This document shows positions 12,504 to 24,967 of a stretch of DNA of 64,000 nucleotides, piece by piece (position 1 is the stretch's first letter; every line of letters starts with the position of its first letter). The notes under the pieces were generated by a model. It searched no databases and was not told the origin of the DNA. It saw nothing but the letters and a program-made list of their open reading frames with translations. A program made the translations under genes and the position numbers. The DNA is taken from positions 186,001 through 250,000 of the forward strand of contig JALMLS010000299.1 of NCBI GenBank assembly GCA_038496445.1. Reading direction: 5' to 3'. This stretch comes from Trichosphaerium sp. ATCC 40318. Taxonomy: Eukaryota > Protista > Tubulinea.

Positions 12504-13465
12504 ATGCGCGCAGGGTAACGTTACCACTGCATTGTAGATTTGTTGACTCTCTGTAGGACTCTAGCGTTTTCTGTTGTATTAATAATTATTACAATCCTAT
12601 TTGTTGTATTGTCCGTAATACAAGCCAAACCAAAAATTCCGAAAGGCAAAAAATATACAGTATATTTTGTTTCTGACCTAAGGTAGATTTTTCTGGCGTG
12701 GTTGTCGTTACGGAGTGGAGTACAACAGATGTCAAAACGCCGTACGTGCCGTTTTTCGTTCGGGCTGCTCGTACACGCCAAACAACGCTACATCACGATA
12801 TACGCTATATAACAGTCATGTTTGAATCGTTATTAGTAATTAACATATTTTAGCGCAATAGTTTACAACGTCACATACTCATGGACTGATGAAGTACTCC
12901 GATTCTCAAACACAACAACTACAATTACGCACATGTATGCTCAAGTAAGATTGTTAATCACGTTTTTTATGTAACTCACCCAAAAAAATCAGGGTGTAAC
13001 TTATACGGTTGTTAATAATACGTGCAATACACTGTCATTAACAGAAGATCAGCCTTTGTTCTGGATACCAACTGACTCGAGTTGGAGAGGTATTTTAGAA
13101 AACAAGGTTTTGCAAGGCGTTAATAAACTCTTGTTTAGGAGCTCAACTGCTTACTCGTTACTCATCTGAAAAAGAAGAAATCGTATCTATGGAAGAAGCT
13201 GAGCGGTGGATTTACACAATAGACGCCAAGATAGTGACAGAGTACTACATAACCTATGTTGAAAATTATGTCGTACGTTCTACAATCTGTTGACACTAAT
13301 CCTAACGAAAAATAGACTGAACAACGTGAACCTCAGCTCCAGCAAATCCTCATTAGATACAGAGATCCTGATGTTGAAAACCGGATATTGCAGTATGACT
13401 TCTACAACGTAGTTTCAAGTATTGTTGCAGAAAATGTGCAAAAGCCTCCGCAGTGTGTTATGTAG
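12504..13465 (+). CDS. Secreted ependymin-related / LolA-fold-like protein
   Basis: Signal peptide, then KPKIPKDFSGVVVV...NNTCNTL...LQYDFYNV...KPPQC. Uses a probable GC-AG intron at 12646-12686. Confidence 0.55.
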
Positions 13466-13624
13466 AGACAAAGGCTTGGTTGCTGGTCATGCAAGATTAT
13501 ACACGTGCTAATCGCTCGCGAGTCGTTTGAGCGGTTGCTAGATGGAAAGAAAGAGAAAGAGGAACGTACGCCGGTTACTGTACATATTTACTCCAAACAA
13601 AAAACAAAAATAAAGTTGAACCTT

Positions 13625-14672
13625 CTAGCAACAACCTCCTTTCTTCCTTGGCTTGAATCCATACCTAGAATAAATGATATGTAAAGAGGAATTATATTAG
13701 ATAAAACGTACTGTCCATCAGCACCACCTGGAAAGGCACTATAGTGCTTCTGCGCATTATCTTCTACAATATGTAAATAGTTATGAATATGAGACTTAGT
13801 CGTTACCGGGAAATGAATCAGCCAGCGTCGAGAAGAGTTCTTTAACGTTTTCTCCTGGACATATTTAAATAGTGTTAAAGCGATTTTATGTACCAGTTTT
13901 TGCACTTGTCTCAAAGAACAAATCGACTTCATAGTTTTCTGCAAGTGCTCTTCCATCCTTTTCTAAGACTTCGCGTTCATCCTCTCTATCCACCTTGTTC
14001 CCGACTGTAGCGTAGTAAGCAACAAGACTTCACTTACATTACTATACCCAAAACCAAGACACCTCGTATTTTTGCATCGTTGTAGTACTTTGTCATCTCC
14101 TTCAACCACACTTTGGCTCCATTGAAAGATCTACTCAAAGTTAATAAAATGTAATGTTTACACATGCCAACAATTTGTTTGTTATGTCGTATAGAACAAT
14201 CGCAGCGTCAGAATCCCTGTAGTACAAAGGAGCCAAACTGTGGTAGCGTTCCTACTACAATAAAAATACATATGCTTAAAGTATGGACTACCTGTCCTGC
14301 AGTGTCCTAACGGAGTTGTTAGTTTTTTTGGGGTTGTTTATACTATCACGTTACCCAAATATCGAGCTTTACTGCTTTGTCGCCCACAGCTACAGTTTGA
14401 GGCTACGAGGGGTTATTTTCAAATAAATCAACTCCATTTGCAAAATGCCACGTGCTACAGGCTTTTTATGTATTCGTACGTGGAAAGCAGCACCAATAGT
14501 GGGCGGCATGGCCTCAACAAACTCTTTTTGTAGAAAGTGGTACACTATTGATGTTTTACCCGTTGAGCATTCTCCAAGGAGGACTACACCTATTTAACCA
14601 AAGTGGTGATAACGCACTTGCAGTACCAACTTTTTTGGACTGACACGTGGTGAAGCTTTCCTGTCTCTTCAT
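13625..14672 (-). CDS. Rab GTPase, Rab5/21/22-related
   Basis: [13 protein letters not shown]; PTIGAAF; [21 protein letters not shown]; VGNKVD; FETSAKTG; C-terminal GGCC prenylation motif. Confidence 0.92.
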
Positions 14673-15019
14673 GCTAAGGAGTACAATTGGCTAACTGTAT
14701 TATTTGCTTTTGACTTTTGCGTACTCAAGATTACTTAGTGTCAAATCCACTCAAGTGTAGCGTCGAATCGTCCCTTTGTGCGATTTGTGGCTTTTTGAAG
14801 TGATCTTCAACAAAATGGGATCGCGGATCGTGAAAAACATTAATTCTAGATCCTATACCTGTACGTTTACAAGACCATGAACAAGCGTATTTGTAGTACT
14901 TAGGTGTGGATTTCAATAAAGGAAATGCAAACTCGGCTCATTTCGCAAGAAAACAAACATTTTGGCATCAACACAGTTGCGCATACATGCACAGGCCTGT
15001 TTCAATTTATTTCTATAAG

Positions 15020-15277
15020 TTACTTGCTATACTTTGAGTATCCATTGCCAGAGTTGTAGTACGATGACCCATCAGAGTTTTGATAGTAATACGAACCATT
15101 GCTGTTTGAATAATGGTAATTGTTACCTCCAGATCCAGAATTACCAGAACCGGAGCGGTAAGTGTTGCCAGATGAGTTTTCGCCTTTGTAGCTGTATGAG
15201 TTCCCGTAGCTTCCACTTTTGCCGTTGTCGCCGCTGTATTGAGATCCGTACCCACTGTTTCCTCTGCTGTTACTCAT
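15020..15277 (-). CDS. Intronless 85-aa Gly/Ser/Asn/Tyr-rich small protein
   Basis: Single ORF with YHYSNSNGSYYYQNSDGSSYYNSGNG repeats. Confidence 0.75.
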   Translation of the reverse strand: MSNSRGNSGYGSQYSGDNGKSGSYGNSYSYKGENSSGNTYRSGSGNSGSGGNNYHYSNSNGSYYYQNSDGSSYYNSGNGYSKYSK

Positions 15278-15523
15278 GTTTGCACTTGTTTTGTTTATTT
15301 TACGCGTTGACGTGGCTTAAACTCAGGACAAAGGAATTGTGAAGCTTATGTCCTTCTCAGAGAAGGAGGGAAGGTTCGACAGTCGTTGTAGGGTAATAGT
15401 TCTGTTTATTATTCAAGCGTTTCAAAAACTGCTATTTACGGATAAGGAAGCTTAATAAATTCGCATAGAGATGACTATTCAATAGCAAGATAGACGTCTC
15501 TCATGGACTAATCCAGTTCGTTC

Positions 15524-16572
15524 ATACTAACGTACTAGTTAGCCTGTATAAGATATTAACTACTATATTTGCAGAATCACAAACAAAAAGTACATTCGAC
15601 AGATACCTTAATACTTTATTTGAGTTGTGTCAGTACAGATTGAGTGTTACTTTTCGAACATGTCAACAACACCATTAGCAATCATAGCTACCCAGGTAGT
15701 GTTAGGCATGAAACCAATTTGTAGATTACGTTGAGGAGACATATCAGTAAGCTCCAAGATTGGAATGTTCTTCAACCAAAACGGTCCATTAATAGACAAA
15801 CACAGTCCCATCAAAGGACCTTGAGTGCATATAGATGAAGCTGGATATGGTAAAGAGAACGGATACATTTTAACTCCGTAAAGAGACATTATTCCTTCCA
15901 TATCCTTAGCGATAGAAGTAGAATTCAAGTCTGCAAATCCGGCTATGAAATTACCTCTAAACCCATCTTCTTTGATCATTTCATAGGTGGCTGGTAGTAG
16001 CTGAGAAAACGATTCAGGGATATTGGCTGATCCAACAGTATCGTTAAAATTAGCTATTTCATGGAGGTTTATACCCACGTGATTTTGTCAAGGAAAGGAA
16101 AATTGTCAACAAAATAAGCAGCTCCAGGAGGCAACAACTTTCCGCAAGAATCATCTATGAATACCAAAAAAACGCCTGGGAGTCCAGCGAGCTCTGTGAT
16201 TTCCAAAGCTGCACCTATTCCAGCAGCATTGTCATCAATGCCTCCAGGGTTTAGGGCGTATCCTGGAGTTCCAGTGCAGCGTGGCTGATAATGAACCATT
16301 AGAATACATATCTGTCGTAATTTCTCCAGAGTATGCCACTATATTGTTAAAAGGTCCTGGCTACGCTCGTGGTGTATTTGTACGATTTGAGTTGGGATAA
16401 GATAATTTTTTGTTTTGGCTACAACTGTTTTAAAACCAGGGTCATCAGGACATACGGCGTCGCTTGAGATATCAGTGATCGTGTTTTGAATCGCATAGCT
16501 TGTTACTTGTTACTTGCCCAAGGGCATTGTAAAAAGCAGAACGATTAGAATGTAAACGAGTGTTTGCTTCAT
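15524..16572 (-). pseudogene. Decayed, apparently intronless secreted M28 peptidase-like gene
   Basis: Signal MKQTLVYILIVLL; NPGGIDDNAAGIGAALEI; GNFIAG; FWLKNIP...TD. Disrupted by several frameshifts, a 7-nt duplication (CAAGTAA x2) and in-frame stops. Confidence 0.7.
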
Positions 16573-17261
16573 GTTGTTAATACCAGTGAATGCTGTGAAG
16601 TAGAATTTCGGAATAACAAAAAGATGGCTCACGTGATATTTTTGCAACTACGGGCGAGTGTGCGCCAATAGCGAACCAATAGTGCTCAATAGCTGGCATT
16701 CTCAACAAATTCTTCGGTAGCGACGAATATGGGCAAATATTTAGTCGACACAACCTAGTCCACTTTTTTTACTACCACACAGAAGCCGCTATATATTGAC
16801 ATCGTCTCTTAAAGTCCTGGCGGTTTGAAATAAAAGATGAAGCATTCTTTAGGAGAATCAGCAAAAACCTTAAGTTCTTCAGTGTTAAGCCCTCACGACA
16901 AGCGGTAAAAAACTACTGGAGCACCTGTTTACGCCAGCTAAGGTGTAAGAGGGCATTTTAACCAGCAATGGTCAGACAAAAATTAAGAAACGCGTAAGAG
17001 AACGAAATAAAGACCTGAGCCGCGTGGTTGTAGTTAATTTCACTAAAGGGGTAGCTTTTAGTTACTTTTTCGCCTTGAATAGTCTCTCCGCGCAAAAGAT
17101 CACCAACAAACAACATCACCAAGGCGGAAACCTAACCGCTTTGCATTATGGACCCTTATTACAATAACAACTGAGAATCAAAGCTATGGGAAAGACAAAG
17201 ATAACGAAACGTACAATGAACAAAATAGTTAATTATATTTACAAAAATTGGTAGGAACACA

Positions 17262-18377
17262 TCAATTATTTGGACGGCATGACTGGTAGACAGTATCCAC
17301 AGTAACTCGCTTTCTTTTCTTACCAACCGGGAAATACGTCTTCACGAATTTTTCTTTGGACACTGTCATCTGGTTGTGAAGATCCTCTGTATTGGTATTG
17401 GCAATATCCAACGCTTCTCTGTACTCGCCAACCAATTGTAGCAGTACCGCTTCATCTTTCGCATAGTGTTGGTTCTCTAATAATAACCTCGCTTTTTCTT
17501 GTTCCAGTTGTTGTATTTGTGCGAATAAAGCTGTGTTTCTATTTCGACATTTAAGGAGCGTGGCATCCTTGTGTTCTAGTCTCTCCTTTTGTTTGTCGAT
17601 AATTTCGTTCGCTTTTGTGACGCGGGATTCGTACGCAGCGAAGGCCTTCGCGGTAAGTTGCTGGTTTTCTTTAACAGATGCCTAAATTTACCGTTAGTGG
17701 TAAAACACGATGTATTTATCATCAACTACGAGGTTTGTCAGTTTTTTTTTCGTTTTGATCAGATGCTTGGATTTTGGCGCGAAAAAAAAAAGTGACGTCA
17801 AATTTGTAGAAAAACGCGCAGCATCTACTGCAGTTTCAAACTCAAAAAAACTGGCTAACGTTCGTTTTGAAGAAAAAAAAAAAGTGGATAACTCTAACTA
17901 CGACAAACGAAAGCCGTGTTCCCATTAACGACATTACTGTAAGGTAGTGGATATCCCAATAGCGCCTGCCTTTCCGAACACAGCGAATTAAGCTGATACG
18001 TTGGTCTGTAGCAGTACGTTTCTCCAGACACCACACCCAGTAACCAAGATAAATGAAGTTTTTATGATGCTAAGCACTTGCTGTCGCCGTCTAAAGGGCA
18101 CTTACCCCTCCTGGGGCAGGGGTGTCACATTGGATTAAGCTGAAGCTTATTGGCATCACCAACGCGTCTCCGGGAGCACTGCAACCCAGTTCAAAGCCGA
18201 TGTACGTAAAAACTCATTTTCTTGAAAACGCTTTTGTAGAGAGAGTATGATACTACTACGTGCCTTTAGTTCTGCAACATTGCTTTCAACCTTGTAACGC
18301 ATCCGAAATTTTGCTATTTGTGCATTCGAAGCAGTGATTGCGGAAAGAAGGTCTGGAAGTGTTGTTGCGTTGGCCAT
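17262..18377 (-). CDS. Orphan coiled-coil protein (tentative 3-exon model)
   Basis: Last exon of about 140 codons (ASVKENQQ...GKKRKRV...PNN*, missed by the ORF track) follows a CTAAC...TTTAG acceptor. It joins in frame to MANATTLPDLL... via a 351-nt intron (17855-18205) and a short intron. Confidence 0.45.
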
Positions 18378-19041
18378 GTGGATAATTAATTGAGAAATAA
18401 TCAGTTTGACCGTGGCGGGAACGTTTTTGGCGGCGAAATAGCTTTTGCTTTCCAAAAGGATACAAAATGTAATTAGACGCCAACAAACGAACTTTGTCCA
18501 AATTTTATCCCTTATCTTGGCCAAAATTATCCTAACTTCATGTAGTTAGTACTACTGTAGTTTAAATTCGTCGCCTGTTCGTAACCTTACACTGACTTGG
18601 CCTGCATTGTGACGCTAGAGCTAAGAGTCAGGCTTAAAACCTATTCGAGAAAAATGTTGCCTTTAAGAATAAGACCAAATTCACACATTTTGCGCTTCAC
18701 GCCTAGTATTTGACAGTGGTTGTCAAGTAACATCATAATGCAAGAACTTCGTCGTATCGACCAAAGTTCTAAGCCTACTCTGTTGAGTAAAAACTAAAAT
18801 TGGCCAAGAATGAATAACTAGCTGCTAACGAGTTGTCATGTTTAGTGAAATCATTTCGACCATATTGCGAATTACCATGTTAGTAACATCTTTAACTCTA
18901 CGAGCGTCAAGTGCATAGTGGTCTTAAATGAGGTTTTTGGTGCCTGTTGTAAGAGAGGAACTATTTAGACGTAACAAAGTCATCGCGAGTTTATTGTTCT
19001 ATTAAAAACTTTTTTACTTCTTTATGTTGCTTTTATTACAC

Positions 19042-21461
19042 TCAAAAAGTAGCTTGGGTGAGAATACGTTGTACACGCACTGAGTTAAACTTAGTTGCAA
19101 GTTCATTCAGTTGGCTAAAGTTTCTTCGTGTAATTCTTGTTGACAGATACTTTTCGAGCTTATCAATAAATGCGGACTTGCTCTTAGAAATACCAGTATT
19201 GTCGCAATCGATAATAAATGCAGTAGCCTTGTAAGCATCTAAAGAGCCCTAATATAGTTTAGAAGATTGCCACAAAGAAAAACTGAACGCACATCTGATA
19301 AGCTTGACTCTATACAGCTGATACAAACTTGCCTGCAAGAAGAAATTAAAAAAAAACTGTTCGTAATAATCTCCGCGTACAGTAGTTCTGGTTGGTTGTT
19401 AACATGTGAGAAACGCATCACGTCCATAGCGTATTCAGTGTCTATAGATTTATAATTAAAGTAGAGATAGCGAAGCACAGCTTCGAATGCTTCATAGCTC
19501 ATAGTCCCGTAAGAAGCTGGTAGCTTCATAATTTGATCTAATCCATCAGCTCCTTTAAGTTGTTAATGACGTTAGTCCTACAAGAATATTTTACGTACTA
19601 GTCTGGATTTGTTTCAAGTTTTTATCTTCAAATAGTCCAGCCAATTGCTTATTGCGACACCATATGTACTTGTGGAAGTTTACGTCTATGACGTCAAAAC
19701 TAATGGTAATATCTGCTCCTGTACGTAACTCGTACAATTTCTGGTGAATGGCTTAGTGCACCGCGCATAGTCTGGAAGTGAGACGAACCTGAAAATCTGC
19801 GGCCATTGTGTCTTTGATAGTAATAGTTTTCTTGGCGATTGGTTTGTATTGTGCTTGATTTGTATTAACCTCAAGCACCACCTACAAAAGAGATTACAAA
19901 GAAACCTAACTCTTAATTGCAGTACCGCCTGAAATGTTTCAAACCCAAGAATTTTACTACCATCTTTGTTACCAAGGAAAGCAACAAAATTGCTGTAAAT
20001 AGCATCCATACAAATGCTCTCGATATCTTTTTCTTTCAATTGCATTGCAAACTTGAGAACGCTATTGAATATAAGCTACAATTACAGGGTCGTACGACAA
20101 AAAATAGGACGTACGCATGGACATTGCCTGCGTCAATTGTAGTTTGAAGGTGTACTTCAATAATCTGTACCAAGCGTTGTATGTCATACATTTTGGCAGT
20201 ATGTGCTAGTAGTACCAGAGACTCTGGTCGCCATTTATCAAAAGCAATACCCCCCGTGTATATATATTCTAGTACACCAAGCATAGCAGAATACTGCACC
20301 TTACTAGTTAAGAATAACTGCTTCAAATTACGCTTCTTCTTTTCTTTTGATTTTGTTTTTTGTATCTCTTTCTCAAATACAGCAGGACATCTAGCACGGA
20401 GCAAAGCTTCGTGGGCGTGTACTTCCTTTCCTTTACTAAAAACAAAATCCACATCGTTGTAGGTTTCATCGTTGAGAAGGTGTTGAAACGTAACTAGTAC
20501 AAAGATCAGCTTCAACAGTTTTCTGTGGGATATACATACCAGCACATGCTGCAAGATTACGCTCGCGCTTTACTCCTGCATCTAGCTTCGTCGCCTTTTT
20601 ACGAGACGATCGCATTAGACCTGCACGCCTTCCGCTACAATATTTTTACGCTTGAAACCTAACTGGAAGTTGACATACCTTGAAACCTGGCTAGAACCTT
20701 CATTATCACTACATATATTAGTACATTTCCTCCTTTTAGCCAAATAACATTTACGTACGCTTTGCTCCTGTAGGCACCAGCAAGACCTTGTAAAACAGTT
20801 CCCTTTGGATAGCGTGGTGGAGGTGCTACGCAACGTTAGTCCCTTTTTAAAAAGCATAGATGTCTTACGTTTAACAGGCCCAGTGAAACTTGGCTGACGC
20901 TGTACTTCTTGCGTCGGCCTAGGAGAGCCAAGAGCACTGAAGGACATTTGGCTAGAACACGTCAGAAAATGCATTCATTCAATTTGTAGTACACATACTT
21001 CAAACCAATAGCATCAGCTAGTTGTTTACCTTCCTCTCTAGTGTAGAACCCAATACCTACTTTGGCCGTTGCACCTTGTAGAAATGAGCGAAAACGGCTC
21101 TGAAATTCACCTAGCGAACCTTTTGGTCTAATTAAAAAGTAGCGTTTGCTGTCAATTGCCCTCTGGGGCATAGATTCGCTTATGGAAACCTCTGCATGTA
21201 CTTCGTCTGTTTGTAGTAAGTACCTAGTTAAACATAGCGAAACGAACCAGTTAGGCGATCTAATAGTTGAATACACTTGTCTCCTGACTTATCAACTACT
21301 GTGCAAATACCTGGCGCGTTTCAGCTTCGAGAACTCCGAAATAGCAGCGTACCGGCCCAAGCGTATTTAGATGTATTCCATTCAAGCGCACGAATGGCTG
21401 AGTCCGTTTGAGGGACGTTAGAGTACATGAAGCACTTAGGTATCTTCAAGAGTTGAGTCAT
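19042..21461 (-). CDS. NECAP-type PHear domain fused to tandem BTB/POZ domains
   Basis: N-terminus: LKIPKCFMY...IRALEWNTSKYAWAGICTVV...CIQLLDRLTDEVHAE...DSKRYFLIR...VGIGFYTREE. BTB1: YNDVDFVF..VHAHEALLRARCP..LEYIYTG. BTB2: FHKYIWCRNKQLAGLF..FEAVLRYLY. Confidence 0.75.
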
Positions 21462-21694
21462 TTTGCTAATAACAGTGAGCTACGCCTGCAGTGTCTTGAG
21501 TTACTTCTTGTTAAGGAAAGGCCAGTATAATCGCCCAATGGGCCGGTCCACACATTTCATTCTATCTTATCTTGACACTACATTTTTTTGAGCGAAAGTA
21601 CGCATTACGACACCATTTGTACACGATTCTTGATGTCATTTACAGTTTCTATTTAGAATCCAAAACCTAATACGGCATATAACAACACCAAGCG

Positions 21695-23771
21695 ATGAAC
21701 GTGCAAGAAAAAGATCTTGTGGTGCTTTTTAATTACTTTTCCTCACATACTGGATTACCGGGCAGCCAAAAAGGCTCAGACACGGCAAGTACCTTCAAAG
21801 TAGTTATACGCTTACAATGACAGACGCAATTGATTCAAGATAGATGTAATGCGTTGTTTTCAAGGCACGTTGACATTTTGAAATCAATAAAAGGGACTAA
21901 CATTCTAGTATATTAGAGACTACGACATTGAGCTTGTTGACAACGAATGGTATAGCAAAAATTTTATTTAAAGTATTTATTAATCTGCAAATAACACTTT
22001 TCACAGGTGCAGCTCATACCCTCCACAAATCGTACTTCTAGGCAATTTGGATTACAAATTGGGGAAAGACAGAGAAATAAACAAGCAAAAAAGTGGTAAA
22101 CCGCTTGACCACACCATGGCCATTTATTGACAAATTTCTCTAGCCGAGATCTTACGTAAGGGAATGGAAGCGTCTAAATTATGCCGGTGTCGCCAAAGGT
22201 TTTTGTTAAGAACCTCCATACACGTTATTAAATGACGATTTAGATTCCCTGTTCCTGTCATACGCGTAGGTGACAGAAATATATGTCGATCTGCTGGACT
22301 GACTGAAAAAATGGAATTGGCTGTAAAAACAAATTTTGCTCATTGGTCGTGCGTGCCCTAGATTTACAATCTCATGTTCTATTTGTTGGTAACAAACAAG
22401 CAACCAGGAGTTCAATGTCCAAAGCTAAAGTAGCTCAGCGAGGCTTCCAAAGAAAAAAGGATGTAGAGTGGTTAGGTGTGATAAAAGTAAAGCACGTGGT
22501 TGATCTTATGTTGGAAAACACAAGAAAATTGTACGTCACGTGTTTAACCAAATAATTTGTCACTGAGCGTTTTTATCATTATTTGTTTAGATTTGGTATT
22601 GTACGCCTGTGCTCCTCTGAAAAAGTAACGCCAGGTTATGAAAATTTTACTGTAGCAGCCATGCCTTATCCTGGTGTTGAAACATTTTCTCATTTTGAAA
22701 CAGCAATTCAAGGGCGTGCGTAAACCTCTTTCATGTGTTGCCAAGTATACTGAAATACTTACTCAAGACAATGGCAAACTACCTGTTACTGTTTGGGAAA
22801 ATAAGGCAGAGGCTGAACTTCAAATAGACCGGTCGTTTAAGCTTAAAACCGGCGACGATTGGAACTATTACAAAATGTGGGATGTTAACAGGCTTACTGT
22901 GAATTACATGCGATATGTTATGGAGAATCTTTTAGAAGATGATGATACAGAAGCAGGTATTTTAATACATTGTATCTCGGGTATGTCACTTTGATATGAC
23001 TGTTTTGTGATTTTTGCAACAGGTTGGGATCGCACGCCGACTTTTGTGGGTATGTGGTTATCTCTATTTGGATTATACATAACCAATCTGTAGCGCTGAT
23101 CAGAATTTTATTGTGGGCTGATGGAAGGGCACACGCAAACCTGACGCCTATTCAAGTAAGTATTGATGGTACAAAGCATAAACTAAAGCTATGTTAGATT
23201 CTCTATTTGACTGTTGCGTATGATTGGGTGTTGTTCGGGTACTAAACAATAAAGGGTGCTTGTACTGATTGTTCGTACAAGGCATAACTTAGTGAGACGC
23301 ATGAAGAATCAGCAACAAATATTTTACTTCTGTTTCTACATCCTAAAGACATTCGCTGATTTTGAGTTTGACACAAAAGACAGTACTCGTGAGGCAGACG
23401 AAGAAAATATTGAACATGGTGCTGATAGTGCCACATGGCGCACAGCTGATATCTCAGAGTGGGATGGCCCTGATGACACTAAGGAAAAAAAGAAGGATGA
23501 TATGAATGAGTGGAGTGTTGCGTTATCTGAACCAATAACCACCAACAAACAATCACGTGCTAGTAGTAAAGAAGAGCAAAGTGATGAAGAAAGCAAAAGT
23601 CAAGAGTCCCTATTGCCACCAAAAGACAAAAGCACACAAGATGACCCATCAGGAATAGATAACGATGAAAATGGCGCTAAGAATGAGCGCAAACAAAAAA
23701 TTTTAGAGGTTTGGCGTCTCTTTGAGATAGTCTACAATCGCACTATCAGACTACGTTTCAGCAGACATTAA
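21695..23771 (+). CDS. MTMR14: Myotubularin-related phosphoinositide phosphatase 14 homologue
   Basis: RCNALFSRDY..YPPQIV; RCRQRFPVPVI..ICRSA; MPYPGVE; catalytic ILIHCISGWDRTP; YDWVLFGHNL. Confidence 0.9.
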
Positions 23772-23900
23772 TAGTGTTTGTATTCGGTAAATTAAGCTAG
23801 AGTGAGCAATAACACAATAAAAACTTGTACACTATGAAATATGTTTACTCAATGCAATATTATTTGCTTTATGGGATAAAGAGTTTGTTGTGGTTTGTAC

Positions 23901-24581
23901 TTAGTCCGTGTCAGAGTCAGAATCATCATCAGAGGCGTTTGGATCTGGTTCGTCATCTGGATCGTATCCTTCAACTAAAAGGGTGTTAATCGGTAGCAAT
24001 ACAAGCGAAAAAGTGGTGCCAGATTTTTTTATCGGCTGGATGGAAATTATTGGCGTATACGTACCAATGCCGACAGGTACGAGTGACGCTTTGACATCAT
24101 CACCTTTTGCGATATCCTTAGCAAGTTGTCCGGCTTTATTTGTCAATGCTGTGTTGGCACCAGCGGCAATAAGGAGTTCCACGCACTCTAGTGTGCCTTT
24201 GTGGGTTTTTGCTACAGCCTGATTTTTTTTTGCGTTAAATTAAATAAAGCGCCCGAGTTGATTTATTACCTTGTGAAGGGGTGTATCTCCGGCTTTATTA
24301 ATGGCGTTAACATTAACGTTTGGCATGCCCAGTATGTGCTTTGTGCATTTAGGGTGACCGCCACCTTTGGTACAACCGGTGAGTCGCAAGTTGATTGTTG
24401 TGGTGAGAACTTCAAAAAAAAAATTACAAATAAACGTAAAATTACCAGCGGCGTAGTGTAGTCCTGTACTGCCAAGAGCGTCAACAATATTTGGGTCAAC
24501 CTTTCTTTCTATTAGTTCCGCGATATCTTCGTGATAGCCCGCTTTTGAAGCCGAAAACCAAGCGTTCTCTAAGGTTGTCAT
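23901..24581 (-). CDS. Small ankyrin-repeat protein with acidic tail
   Basis: DALGSTGLHYAA; NKAGDTPLHK; LLIAAGAN; D-rich C-terminus. Confidence 0.85.
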
Positions 24582-24967
24582 AGTTTATCTAACAAGAACA
24601 AGTTTGTAGTTTTTTTTTTTTGGCAAACTTTAAAAAAAGTTAAAGTGTCAATTTTGTTCAGCCTTGAAACTACAACACGTTTCCCAGCCTATCACTGCTT
24701 GTTATGCTCCTTGTGGCGGCAACGATATAACCACTTGGCTTTCTCTAAATGTTTATTTGTGGACACTCAAAAAAACATTGAAAAAAAAAGTTCTAATTGC
24801 GCGTATGCTTTCCTTCATTCGCTGAGAACACTACAGAATATTCGCCACACGGTACTACACAAATAAATGATGGTTTACTGACACGAGTTTAGCGAAATAG
24901 ATTGCATAGCCATGTTTAAAGACAGTGATTGTGGATTAAAATTACATATCTGCTCATAGGAGTCTTC

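Noticed and set aside
15524-16572. Insertional RNA editing or programmed frameshifting of the M28 gene
   Set aside because: The lesions are mixed (+1, -1, a 7-nt duplication, nonsense codons), which fits ordinary decay.
18454-18463. Perfect U12 donor GTATCCTTTT on the minus strand
   Set aside because: It lies upstream of the ATG with no branch motif and acceptor at a plausible distance.
18530-19030. Non-coding stretch as a transposon or MITE
   Set aside because: No terminal inverted repeats, target-site duplication or transposase remnant is visible.
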